Shown: positions 24,035-34,400 of the stretch, one piece after another | Layout of the letters: each line of letters starts with the position of its first letter | Position numbering within the stretch: position 1 is the first letter of the stretch | DNA from: Bugula neritina | Taxonomy: Eukaryota > Animalia > Bryozoa | Assembly (NCBI GenBank): GCA_964035545.1 | Contig: OZ037771.1 | Location: 9,612,280-9,676,279 of the forward strand | DNA: 64,000 nt | Direction: 5' to 3' | The notes under the pieces: model-generated | Seen by the model: the letters and a program-made list of their open reading frames with translations, nothing else | What the model was told of the DNA's origin: nothing | Databases searched by the model: none | Program-made: the position numbers and the translations under genes

Positions 24035-24190
24035 CATAAACCAAACGACATTGTGGTTGGTTCTAAGAAAGCTTGGCTGCCCAGAACAGTTCACAAACCT
24101 GATTGCAGCTCTATATACAGGAATGAAAGCCTCTGTCAACCTAAAAGGAGATCTCTCAGCACTATTCGAGATCACAAACGGTGTAAAACA
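24035..24190 (+). mobile_element. RTE-clade LINE RT fragment
   Basis: LWLVLRKLGCPEQFTNLIAALYTGMKASVNLKGDLSALFEITNGVKQ is a typical RTE/BovB RT segment. Confidence 0.75.
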
Positions 24191-24427
24191 GTGGTTCCCT
24201 ACCTGGGGAGGAATTTTCCCTTAGGGAAGAATTTGGACATTTTAGGGGAGGAATTTGGATTTTGAAAAATTCATGCAACTTTTTGACAGTTTTTGAGCTC
24301 TAGCAAGTTACATGTATATGCATATCTATAAATCTTCATCTCAGTTCATCTATTTAACCAGCCCATATTCTACAATCTCGGTTTACTTCTATATGAATGT
24401 ATTTATTAATTACTTTACCCTAACTAT
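24189..24427 (+). mobile_element. Possible hAT-type element end
   Basis: CAGTGGTTCCCTACCTGGGG resembles common hAT TIRs (CAGTGGTTCCCAACC); partner TIR not found. Confidence 0.4.
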
Positions 24428-24798
24428 TGTAGTGAGTCATGCAATGTACTAATATAAGAATCGTCCTCTTTCCGTTCGGGGAAAACTAAGGCCCCAATGT
24501 ATTAGTCAATAAGAAGAACCGGAATATGTACTTCCGACCCATGTGACAGTTCCCGGGCAATTAGCAATTATCAGGTTGTTGTAAGCGAGGGCTTGAAGTG
24601 TAAACACGCATTAGTAGTGACTGATGTTGTATTGTAATTTGATGTAATGTTTGTTTTGTATTGTATTGTGGATAATAAAGGTAATGACTCGACAGCTACC
24701 CTAGTAATTGCTAGTAGAATAGCCTACTAAATACGCAAGTAAAAAAACTCACGCACAGTAATTGCACAAATTACTACAGTGGTGGCAGCGGTGGGATC

Positions 24799-25761
24799 TT
24801 GCGTATAACAGTCAAGGCAGAAGACGGTACGGAGCTACCCATTCCACTGAATGAAGGTGAGGAAGATAATGTTGATATAACTGTGGAACCAGTAGTGTTA
24901 GAAGAAGTGAGAGTTCCTAGAGAGTCCGGTGAGGACAGATACCAGCTGAAGGCGCCCACCTTCACAGGCGAGGAAGCCGTAGAGCAATTTATCCAGGAAT
25001 TCCAAGATGTGATGGAAGTTGCACGGTGGCCACCAAGGGTGGCGTTGCTCAAACTCAGGATGGCGCTGACAGACAAGGCTAAGCCCTACGGAACGGGACC
25101 TGATATAGACGAGATCTTCGCTTCTCTGCGGGCCCGTTTTGGTATCTCTGCCATAGATGCGCGGGCCCGCCTACAAAGGCTGCAGCATGATCCTCACACG
25201 CCGCTGCAGGAGCACGCTACCACGGTGATGACGCTGGCGCAAATCGCGTTTCGCGATCTGCCTCAAGCGAACCGTGAGAGGTATACTTATGATGCCTTCG
25301 TGCAGTCCATCAACGACTTGGGGCTCCACCATCAATTCCAAGCGCGGGGAGTCGCCACGGTCGAGGATGCACTCGCGGTAGGAGAAGCCTACCTCTTGGC
25401 GACTCATATGCACTGCAACCGCGTGGCCTTACACCAGGTGGCCACGGAGCACACTACTGCTCATACTGAACCAAATGCAGAACCCTCCGCGTTGGCTAAT
25501 GTGACCCAGATGACGGTAGCATCGAAAGTCGCTCAGATGACTGACATGCTAGCCAAACTGGTCGCCACGTTAGCTCCCCCAAGCCAGGTAGATACTGCCC
25601 GTGAGCCTCGCGGGCTGCAGGCACAATCACCAGGCACGAGGCATAACTTCTGCTGGGGATGCGGAAGGCTTGGAAATTTCCAGAAGAACTGCCCTCAACT
25701 CCAACAAGGGTTAAACTACCACGGCCCGCAGATGTTCCCACCTCCTGCGGGCCACCGGTAA
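24799..25761 (+). CDS. gag: G3 gag (open frame; the ORF call starts at TTG)
   Basis: 320-codon ORF, KAPTFTGEEAVEQFIQEF capsid-like N-terminus, CWGCGRLGNFQKNC knuckle (His replaced by Asn). Confidence 0.85.
   Translation: MRITVKAEDGTELPIPLNEGEEDNVDITVEPVVLEEVRVPRESGEDRYQLKAPTFTGEEAVEQFIQEFQDVMEVARWPPRVALLKLRMALTDKAKPYGTGPDIDEIFASLRARFGISAIDARARLQRLQHDPHTPLQEHATTVMTLAQIAFRDLPQANRERYTYDAFVQSINDLGLHHQFQARGVATVEDALAVGEAYLLATHMHCNRVALHQVATEHTTAHTEPNAEPSALANVTQMTVASKVAQMTDMLAKLVATLAPPSQVDTAREPRGLQAQSPGTRHNFCWGCGRLGNFQKNCPQLQQGLNYHGPQMFPPPAGHR
25710..25753 (+). promoter_or_regulatory. -1 programmed ribosomal frameshift signal (gag-pol)
   Basis: G_TTA_AAC in gag phase, 6-nt spacer, perfect 9-bp stem GGCCCGCAG/CTGCGGGCC; same heptamer in G1, G2 and G4. 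Confidence 0.8.
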
Positions 25762-28129
25762 ATCATCCAGAGAGGACAACGCGTCTGCCACCCCCCTGGG
25801 CGCCACGCGAGGATACTGTGGAGTGGCGACCACTACGGCAAGTAGGCTGTTCAAGCCACTCGCCACCTGGGTTCTCTATGCCACTCCGAAACAGATCCGA
25901 CGGGCTGTTGACCTCAGAGCCTGCGAGGGAAACGGTACAGGCGCCGCAAGGCGTACCACCCCAACCTCGGCAGCTGGTCATTAGTCGTCGCCAACCATGG
26001 ACCCTCGACCCACAGCGAGGGAGGTGCAACCACGGCACACACAAATGCAGCCACACGGGAGTAGCTACTTCCTGCCAGGAAAGCTAGCTGGCAAGCCTGC
26101 CAACTTCCTTCTGGACTCGGGCTGCACCACCAACCTCTTTAGCCGTCAATTCTTTGACACCCTCAGCGCTAAGGTCAGGGACGGGCTGGCACTGTATGAG
26201 GGGGATCATGGCACCCTGGCAGACGGGTCGTGCATTCCCTTCTACGGCATTTTTGAGCTTACTGGGTGCGTTCGTAACCAGACCATCTAGGAGACGTTTA
26301 TCGTCGGACAGCTCAACGAGGATGCTATCCTCGGGATGCCATTCTTACAAGGACACAGATGTCGCATCAATTTCAGCAAATCTGCAATGATCATGGGCGA
26401 CAGGGAGCTTGCCTGTGTCAATAAGTTTGGTCGTCTTCTAGTGGGAGGAGTGCAGGTCGTACGGAGCTGTACGATACCAGGCCACTCCCGGGCTACCGTC
26501 CGCTGCAAAGTAGACGGTGGCCAGACCTCTAGGTTGGAAGTTGTCAAAAGTTTGCACTCAAGAATCAAACTTGCCCACAGCTTTAGCCGGCTTACAGGAC
26601 ACGGAGAGATCTTGGTGCAGTGCGTCAACCCCTCCTCAGAGACGGTGGACCTGCCATCCAGGTCCATGCTGGGCCGCTTCCATCCTGTCTAGGAGGAAGA
26701 CATTGGGCCGTTGTTGAGAGCTACGACGGAAGGTCCTCAACAGAGCCCGTCTCAAGGGCGGAGGACCGTCCCAACCCACGCCTCCCATTCTCCAGGGACG
26801 CGTGGCTACGCGGGCAACAGAAGGCGCCATGCCATGGCCAGGTTGTCACGCCGGTACAGTAAGGCACCCCGCCACACAGACCATGACGCCCGCCTAAATA
26901 GAGCGGCCTATCGTGAGGTACCACGGGCGGCGGAGACCACCCCTACTCGGCAGCCCACGACGAGGTTGGGCCCGAAGAAGAAGAACAAAGTTCCCCCGCG
27001 GTCCCCGCTGGCAAAACGGGACTCGGGCCAACTCCAACAGAGGGCTGACACGCCCCCGAAGGCCGTCCAGAGCCTCCGCGCCAAACCTGTATGGGCTGGT
27101 AACGTTGGGGAGCTACCGAAACTCTAGGAAAACCTTCCTGGAGTGGTAGCCGACGAGTACCGAGTGAAACAGGAAGGGCAACGACCCAGTGGTAGACAAC
27201 GGAGACAGGGATGCGCCGAGTTACGGCTGTACTGTCAACGTTGGAACTCTTTGCGGATCGGGCCGGATGGTCTGCTGACCATGACTTTGGCCGCCAACAG
27301 CAGACAACCAGCAAGGGAGAGGATAATTTGCCCAGCTGCCATTTGCCGGAAGTTGATACAGGACACCCACCAGCAGACTGACGCAGGAGTCCAGGGGGTG
27401 GTCACCAAGCTACAACTCCGGTGGTACTGGCCCAACATAGAGCGGGACATCCAGCGCAGAGTGAAACAGTGCGAAATCTGCCAGACCAACAAGCATAGCC
27501 GTCTCCCCGGTGAAGCGGGACTGCAGGCGCATTGTGCTAGAGGGTCTTGGCAAGCGGAGACTGACGTCCTGGCCGGAAACACGCCCATGACCCCGCAGGA
27601 AGACTTGGCGAGGCAGGAAAGACCACTTCCGTCCTTGGAAGGGCGCCCACCGCCCCCAACGTCAGGCCTGCTACCACCACCACTTCCGGAACCAGAAACG
27701 GGTCCGGAAGTGCAAAAACCCCCTGTGGGAAAGGCTCCGTACGGAGGTACCAACGTAGGAACAACCGTCACAAACAGGCTGGAAACACCACCCATGAGAC
27801 ATAACAATCTACGGGTGAGCACACCGCCTCCTACAGTGATGACACCTTCAGGACCACACACTAGGCAACCCCCAGCGTACCTCGGAGACTTCATACATGA
27901 CCGCGCTAGAAGCGGCAGTTATGAAAGTCTGGCGAGGTTTCGTATGGGAAAACAGGCAAAGAAACGTGGGAGTTGTGAACACCACGGAAATATCAACTTT
28001 TGCCTTGGCGGAACCACGAATGAGATTCATCCGCTGGAAGTAAAAAGCCCTTGTCACGCTTCACAACCACGCTGCCCGGTCTTTTCCTACGTTGATGCAG
28101 TCAAGAGTAGACGTGCCACTAAACACTAA
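25710..28129 (+). pseudogene. pol: G3 deleted pol (PR, linker, IN zinc-binding region, Pro-rich tail)
   Basis: ORFs 25997-26290, 26336-26692, 26711-27127 and 27143-28129 all share one frame; FLLDSGC protease. Confidence 0.85.
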
Positions 28130-28152
28130 TCATTTACCGCTCTCATTCCAAA

Positions 28153-29138
28153 ATGTCTTACTATTCTGGATCGAAGGGTGAGTTAGTTATGTTTTTAGTA
28201 CAGGAACTAGACTGCATCAGTCAGCTCTAGCTATGCCAGTTAGCGAGCTGGAGATTCGATAATGAAACACAGTGGTGGGAACACACGTCGACTTAGATTT
28301 TAAATAATCTGCCATAGCGAGTGTGTTCTCGATCAACTATTCTTTAGCCTGAATCTCACGAGTGTAACTGAACAGAGCACCTGTCAGGCTGTACATGCCG
28401 GCGATACTTTAGTGTATAGTCTTTAACACTGCTACTCTTTCAGATAACACTCGAGTGACCACCTCCCGGTCACGGGACCAGCCAACCCCTCTACCCATGG
28501 AGGAAGAACTAGTGATGGAAAGGAGGATTGAAAAAGCCTGGGGACCCAGCGGACCCCACCAGACCTGTCAGGTCTGCCTTGAGGAGTACCCGTCACACCG
28601 CTCCCTGCATCTGCATGTAGACGCACACTTTCTACTGCACTTTTGTCCATGCAGGTTCCATGATGTGTACCCGTACCCCGTGATAATCCACAAGATGAAC
28701 TGCTTTGCCGAAGAGGGCCATATCGTAGACAAGGACAGTTTCCCCCAGTATCTAGACATCATCAAGCCGGTCATCAAGAAGGCTATAACCCTGGCTGCGC
28801 TAGCGTCAGGGTTCTAAGTACTACTGCTGTCTGCCCGCCATAAGTCTCCTATGGTTAAGGTCCCGTCCACTACCCCCGTCAACCCTAGTAACACTCCCGA
28901 ACCAGAAGAAGTGACGATACCCTCTACCCAAGAAACTACAACAACCCTGCCAGGACCCAGCCGATTTGCTACTGTAGAAGAGCGGCTTTTAAAACTACAA
29001 GCCGAGTTTACACAACTTGCTCTTGACCTGCTGGATACAACAACATGTCTATACCAGCTGAAGGACTCAGTGGGGCAACTGAAGCAGAGGCTACGTGCCT
29101 GACAAGCTCAGCACAGATCGCGCTCACTACAAGAGTGA
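28153..29138 (+). CDS. G3 accessory zinc-finger/coiled-coil gene (exon 1 28153-28177, intron 28178-28443, exon 2 28444-29138; two premature stops)
   Basis: ATG TCT TAC TAT TCT GGA TCG AAG G|GTGAGT...CTCTTTCAG|AT AAC ACT CGA GTG in frame with ORFs 28455-28817 and 28851-29102. Confidence 0.75.
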
Positions 29139-29894
29139 GAGCTCACCTAATAAGCATGCCTGTGAAAGGCACCTTTCGGCGGACTGCATTATCGTCGCGT
29201 AGATGACCAGCTCCCCCGACCATTGGCCCGCGTGCTGTATAGCACCCTCTCTCTCTCTCTGTAGCTGACCAACTGTGTGTTTGACCACTCTGTTTACCTT
29301 CTTGTATATATATGCTTGTGTGTACTAAAATATTTCTCTTCTTTCTTTTTGTGGGTTTAATTATGTATCTTTTAGATTATTGTACTGTTTTTATATGTAT
29401 TTTTTTGTGTGTTCTCAGAAAGTAGGGCTTTCTGCTGGGGGGGGGCGGTGTAGTGGGTCACGAAATGTTTGAGGAATACTAAGGTCTTAATGTATTAGCC
29501 AATAAGAAGAACCGGAATATGTACTTCCGACTTATGTGACAGTTCCCGGGCAATTGACAATGATCACGTTGTTGTAAGCGAGGGCTTGAAGTAGAAACAT
29601 GTGTTAGTAGTGACTGATATTATAGTGTAATTTGATGTAATGTTTGTTTTGTATTGTATTGTGAATAATAAAGGTAATTACTCGACAGCTACCCTAGTAA
29701 TTGCAAGTAGAATAGCCAACTAAATACGCAAGTAGAAAACTCACGCACAGTAATTGCACAAATTACTACACTATGACGCAGTTTCGTAGCTTTTTAATTA
29801 GCTAAGTTGGTGTAAAAATGCTAAAGCAGTTTAGTGATGTCAAGTGTAAAAATTTTATCTATCCTCAATGCTAAATGCAAATGAAAAAATCTTG

Positions 29895-30366
29895 TGACAC
29901 CCATTTTAGTCATTCTGGACTAAAATTGGTGTCGCGAATATTTTTAGTTTTATTTTCACATTTTGCAGAAATTTTTGTTTGTTAATATTGCTCAAAACGT
30001 TTTTAATAGTTTAAAGTATATTATGTTTCATAAGTTAGCATGTCTATGATCATAACGATAACAGTAAAATTAAGTGAAAATTAAATTTTTGATGAGGAAA
30101 AATAACTCTTTATAAGTTTGTTTTTTGTTAAAATTAATTTAATATAATCATTATTTATTTATGTTTTTGGTTTAAACAATTGTGAAATGTTCATTATTTA
30201 CTGAAGAGTCATTTAACAATAATCTAAACAGTCACAACTGTCTAAAAATCTGAAAATAAAATGAAAATTGTTCGCGACACCTATTTTAGTCAAAACCCCC
30301 CCCTTATGACTAAATTGGGTGTCACGGACCGCGACACCCGGTGGCCACCCATTTTAGTCACACCCG
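29895..30366. repeat. Direct and inverted copies of GACACCCATTTTAGTCA, probably a DNA-transposon subterminal region
   Basis: Motif at ~29897, 30276, 30345; inverted at ~29918, 30308. Confidence 0.5.
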
Positions 30367-30916
30367 TTACAGTATGTTTCAATATGCTACAGTGTTTTTC
30401 AGTATATTTCAGTATGTTTCCGTATATTTTGGTATGTTGCAGTTTATTTTGGTACGTTGCAGTTTATTTCAGTATGTTGCAGTATAATTCAGTATGTTTC
30501 AGTATATTTCAGTGTGTTACAGTCTATTTCAATATACTACAGTATATTTCAGGATGTTACAGTATATTTCGCTATGTTGTAGCATATTTTGGTATGTTAC
30601 AGTATATTTCAGTATGTCGCCGTATATACTTCAATATGTTGCAGTATATTCCAGTGTGTTACAGTATATTACAGCATGTCACAGTATATTTCAGTATGTT
30701 ACAGTATATTTCAGTATGTTACGGTATATTTCAGTGTATAAAAGTATATTACAGTGTGTTACAGTATATTTGAGTATCTTACAGTATGTTTCGATATGCT
30801 ACAGTATTTTTCAGTATATTTCATTATGTTACCGTATATTTCAGTATGTTATACAGTATATTTCAGTATTTTACAGTATATTTCAGTATGTTACGGTATA
30901 TTTTGGTATGTTACAG
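30366..30916 (+). repeat. Minisatellite, ~21-bp unit ACAGTATATTTCAGTATGTT (10/11-bp subunits)
   Basis: Direct reading. Confidence 0.9.
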
Positions 30917-31368
30917 TGTACCGGCTGCCTCAGTTTATTTATAACAGGTGGCACTGCTGGAATTATCCTGATGTTTATTGAAACTACTGGTAACCAACGT
31001 GAAACTACAATAATAAAATTTAATAATAGAGATATTGATGAATAAAAAATTAAACATAAAACATTACAAAAATTGTTGCATAACATTAACAATGGTCAAC
31101 ATACCTCTATTACCCTTCCTAGGGGGAGTTAGAATTAAATATATAAATTTGTGATAGTGAAAGTTCAATCAAAAATCAAAAATGACTAGTGAGAATTTCA
31201 ACAGTCAGTGGAGAAAAGCATCAGACTTTGGAATGGAAGCATAAAACACCTCAGCTATTATAATTCCTGGCTACAAGCTATACAAAGCTGACAGCTATTA
31301 TGTTAGCAAAAATCATTGCATTGTATAATAGTGAAAACAAAGCTATTTGTGGTCTAAAAAAAGCTGTG

Positions 31369-31416
31369 GCTAAGTGAGTAGCTAAGTGAGTAGCTAAGTG
31401 AGTAGCTTAGTGAGTA
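31369..31416 (+). repeat. 12-bp tandem repeat (GCTAAGTGAGTA)x4 within the BEL LTR
   Basis: Direct reading. Confidence 0.85.
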
Positions 31417-31499
31417 TATGGGTGAATGGTGATGAATTGTCCTGTGCCACTGTATGCAATTGTGTGTAATAAAAAATGATCAAAACGCTGCACTCCAAC

Positions 31500-34400
31500 C
31501 TAAAATTTAGGATGAAATTTTACTTGGTGCTTTTACTAAAACTACACAGGATAGTTAAGGACATCCTCACTAAGAATATCATAAAATTCTCTCAAAATGT
31601 AGTTTAGGTTCTTGAATAATATTGCTCTGCGGGTGGCATGCGTGTTGCCTACTTGCATTTGTTTAGCCTAAGATTAAACTACAGCCAATGGGCAGCAACT
31701 TTCATTAGGGCTGCGTTATCTATCAACATTCCATTATGGGTGCTACATAAACAAAGTACAAAGCAAGCTATTCATTATAGCCTGCCAGCAAGCAAGCTTG
31801 TAATTAGCATGTACGAGCCAATATCTTCTCATCTATACGTGCTCATTGAAGCGTGAAGTGATGCGCGCTGCTAATTACCCATGAAAAAATATGGCATTTT
31901 CAGTGTATAAATCACCAATTTATGGGCAATCTAGAAGAGTTATTAGAAAAAGAAAAAAATTGCACTGGAGAAATATCTCATGATTCTAACAGTGCAATTT
32001 TTATTCAGATATCATGTTTTCCTGCTGAGATATTTTACTGGTACTGAAAAGTCAACTTTTCACGCAAAATTGGCCAAAATTGGGCAGTTTTCTGTCTATA
32101 ACTTTGCAAAAAAAATGAAAATTGAAATTTCCAAAAAATTTACACTGGAGAAAAAAAAGATCTACAACAGAGTTTTTAAATTTTGACTCTAGCACAATTA
32201 GGTGAGATTTTATTTTACTGGCACTGAATTCTTATATGATTACAATGCAAAACCTCAGCTAGGCAGTTGCAGCTAAAAGGTTGCCCTTAACTATCCTGTG
32301 TACTAAATTGCTCAATGGCCTGACGAGCTGACGGGCCTTCACTTGGGGTATCCACGTACACCTAATAGCAGCGTCACGGATCTCACTACCCCATCATGCG
32401 ATCGATGTACCTCGATGACACGGGCCATCGACCAGTCATTTCAGAGACTGGCTTCTTGCATAACATGAACGACATCACCTACAGCTACCTCAGGGGTTTT
32501 TTTAGTCCATCTTTGTCGCACCTGAAGTGTCTGCAGATACTCGCTACGCCACTTACGCCTGAATTGATTAGATAGCTCTTGAACAACTCGCCAGCCCTTG
32601 CAGGAGTAAAGATCTGAGCCAGAGAACTCAGCAGGAGGGGCAGGGTGAGTTGGGATTTCATGGTAAAGAGCATATTTGGGGTGAGTGGGAGATCATCTTC
32701 AGAGACGGTCCCCAGAGGTCTACTGTTAATAATTGACATAACCTCATAAAAAAGAGTTCTTAACTGAGAGGTGCTCAACCTTGCACAGTGTGTCCTTCCA
32801 ATTCCTTTGAGGACTGTTCTGACAGATCGAATCAGAGGCTACCACACACCACCCATGTGACTAGAGTGAGGTGGATTAAAGATGAACTTGATGTTGGGGT
32901 GTGAAGATTTGAGGTGACCTTCCAAGTTTTTGGCGAGGTCATTTAATGCTCCGATAAAGTTTGTGCCTTGGTCGCAGCGTATTGTAGACACTGCACCACA
33001 AAGAGATATTAGGTAGCGAAGTGCATTAATGAAAGAATCAGAAAACATATCTTTAAGAAGCTCAATATGAACAGCTCTGGGGGCAAGGCAACTTATCATG
33101 AGTCTGTAAGCCTTTCTTTCTTTTTGATCATCCTTAACTATAAATGGACCAAAACAGTCAATCCCACAATGAGTGAATGGGGCTGCTTCATCAAGCCTTT
33201 CTGCAGGAAGAGTTGCCATATGAGGAGTTGCAGGTGTACCGTGAATCTTTTTTGCATTCAACACAGTTTTGAATGACTTTGAAAACCTTAGACTTGGCAT
33301 TGACTATCCAGAAACCATGAGATCTAATTTGAGCTAGCGTAGGTTCTCGACTTTAGTGAGCAGAAAGATGAGCGGTCACATGTGCAGATATGGGTAAGAT
33401 GATAGGGTGCTTCTCATCATATGAAAGGGTAGTGCATTCCTGTAGTCTCCCACCAATATGAAGTAGGCCTCTTGAGTCTAGGAATGGGTCTAGCTTTGTC
33501 AGACAGCTAGATTTCTTCAGAGGCTGCGATGCCTTAAGCACGGCGATCTCATTTGAGAAATACTCTACTTGAATGAGTTGTAGGATAGTCTGTTTGGCGT
33601 TTCGAAATTTAGACTGGGGAGTTTTGCTTAGGTACTTTTGAATTGTGGCAATTGCTCTCACTGCTCTGTTCCAGTCAGAAAACTTTCCCAAGCGTTTGTC
33701 GAGAGAAAATTGTACTGTTTGTGAAGATAACGACAGTGATGACTGTTTTACCTCTTCATCATCAGGATTGATGTACACTTGTGGTTGCGCATGTAAGATG
33801 ATAGGTTCAGTCTTGAGAAATTGAGGACCGCTAAGCCAGTCAGATGAGCTGATTTCTTTGACATTGGCGCCTCTACAACTGAGGTCAGCTGGGTTTTCTG
33901 TAGTTGGAATGTATTTCCAGCTGTTCGAATCTGAAAGATGCCGTATTGTTTCTACTCTGTTTGCAACATATGTGTGAAATCGATTACCAGTATTACTTAT
34001 ATAGCCAAGAACAACAGTTGAGTCAGAATATAAGTGTGTGTTGATGTTTGGAATGTCAAGTTCTTTGACATACTTTGTGACCAATCTGACAGCACTTGTT
34101 GCTGCCTGAAGCTCGGGCCTTGGAACGGTCACTTGTTTCATTGGCGCAACCTTGGCCTTACGTGAAAGAAGTGCAACATGCACTCGCTTTGCCGACTCAA
34201 CTAGTCGAAGATATGTGCAATGACCATAGCCCACTGTACTCGCATCAGCAAATGTGTGCAGTTGAGCAGTTTTAATCGAATTGAAACCATGAGGAGTGAG
34301 ACAGCGAGGTATGGTGATGTGATTGATAGACATCAAGTCTGATTTACAAGTAGATCATCTGAGAAGTAAGGAGCCTGTAAGTGGTGCATTCCAATCAGGG

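Larger units (their letters stand above)
24428..29770 (+). mobile_element. Ty3/Gypsy element G3, full-length non-autonomous (no RT/RNase H, no integrase core)
   Basis: LTRs 24428-24778 and 29449-29770 (TG...CA), TSD CTAT on both sides, tRNA-Leu PBS 24780-24797, G-rich PPT. Confidence 0.96.

Noticed and set aside
23078-24265. YIYIYI ORFs
   Set aside because: Translations of (TA)n microsatellites and MITE sequence
12276-28777. Numerous antisense or overlapping ORFs within Gypsy gag/pol (e.g. 18691-19332, 27235-27894)
   Set aside because: Shadow frames of GC-rich coding sequence, with no motifs of their own
30261-31092. 170-183 aa Y/F/S/V-rich ORFs
   Set aside because: Produced by the stop-poor CAGTAT minisatellite
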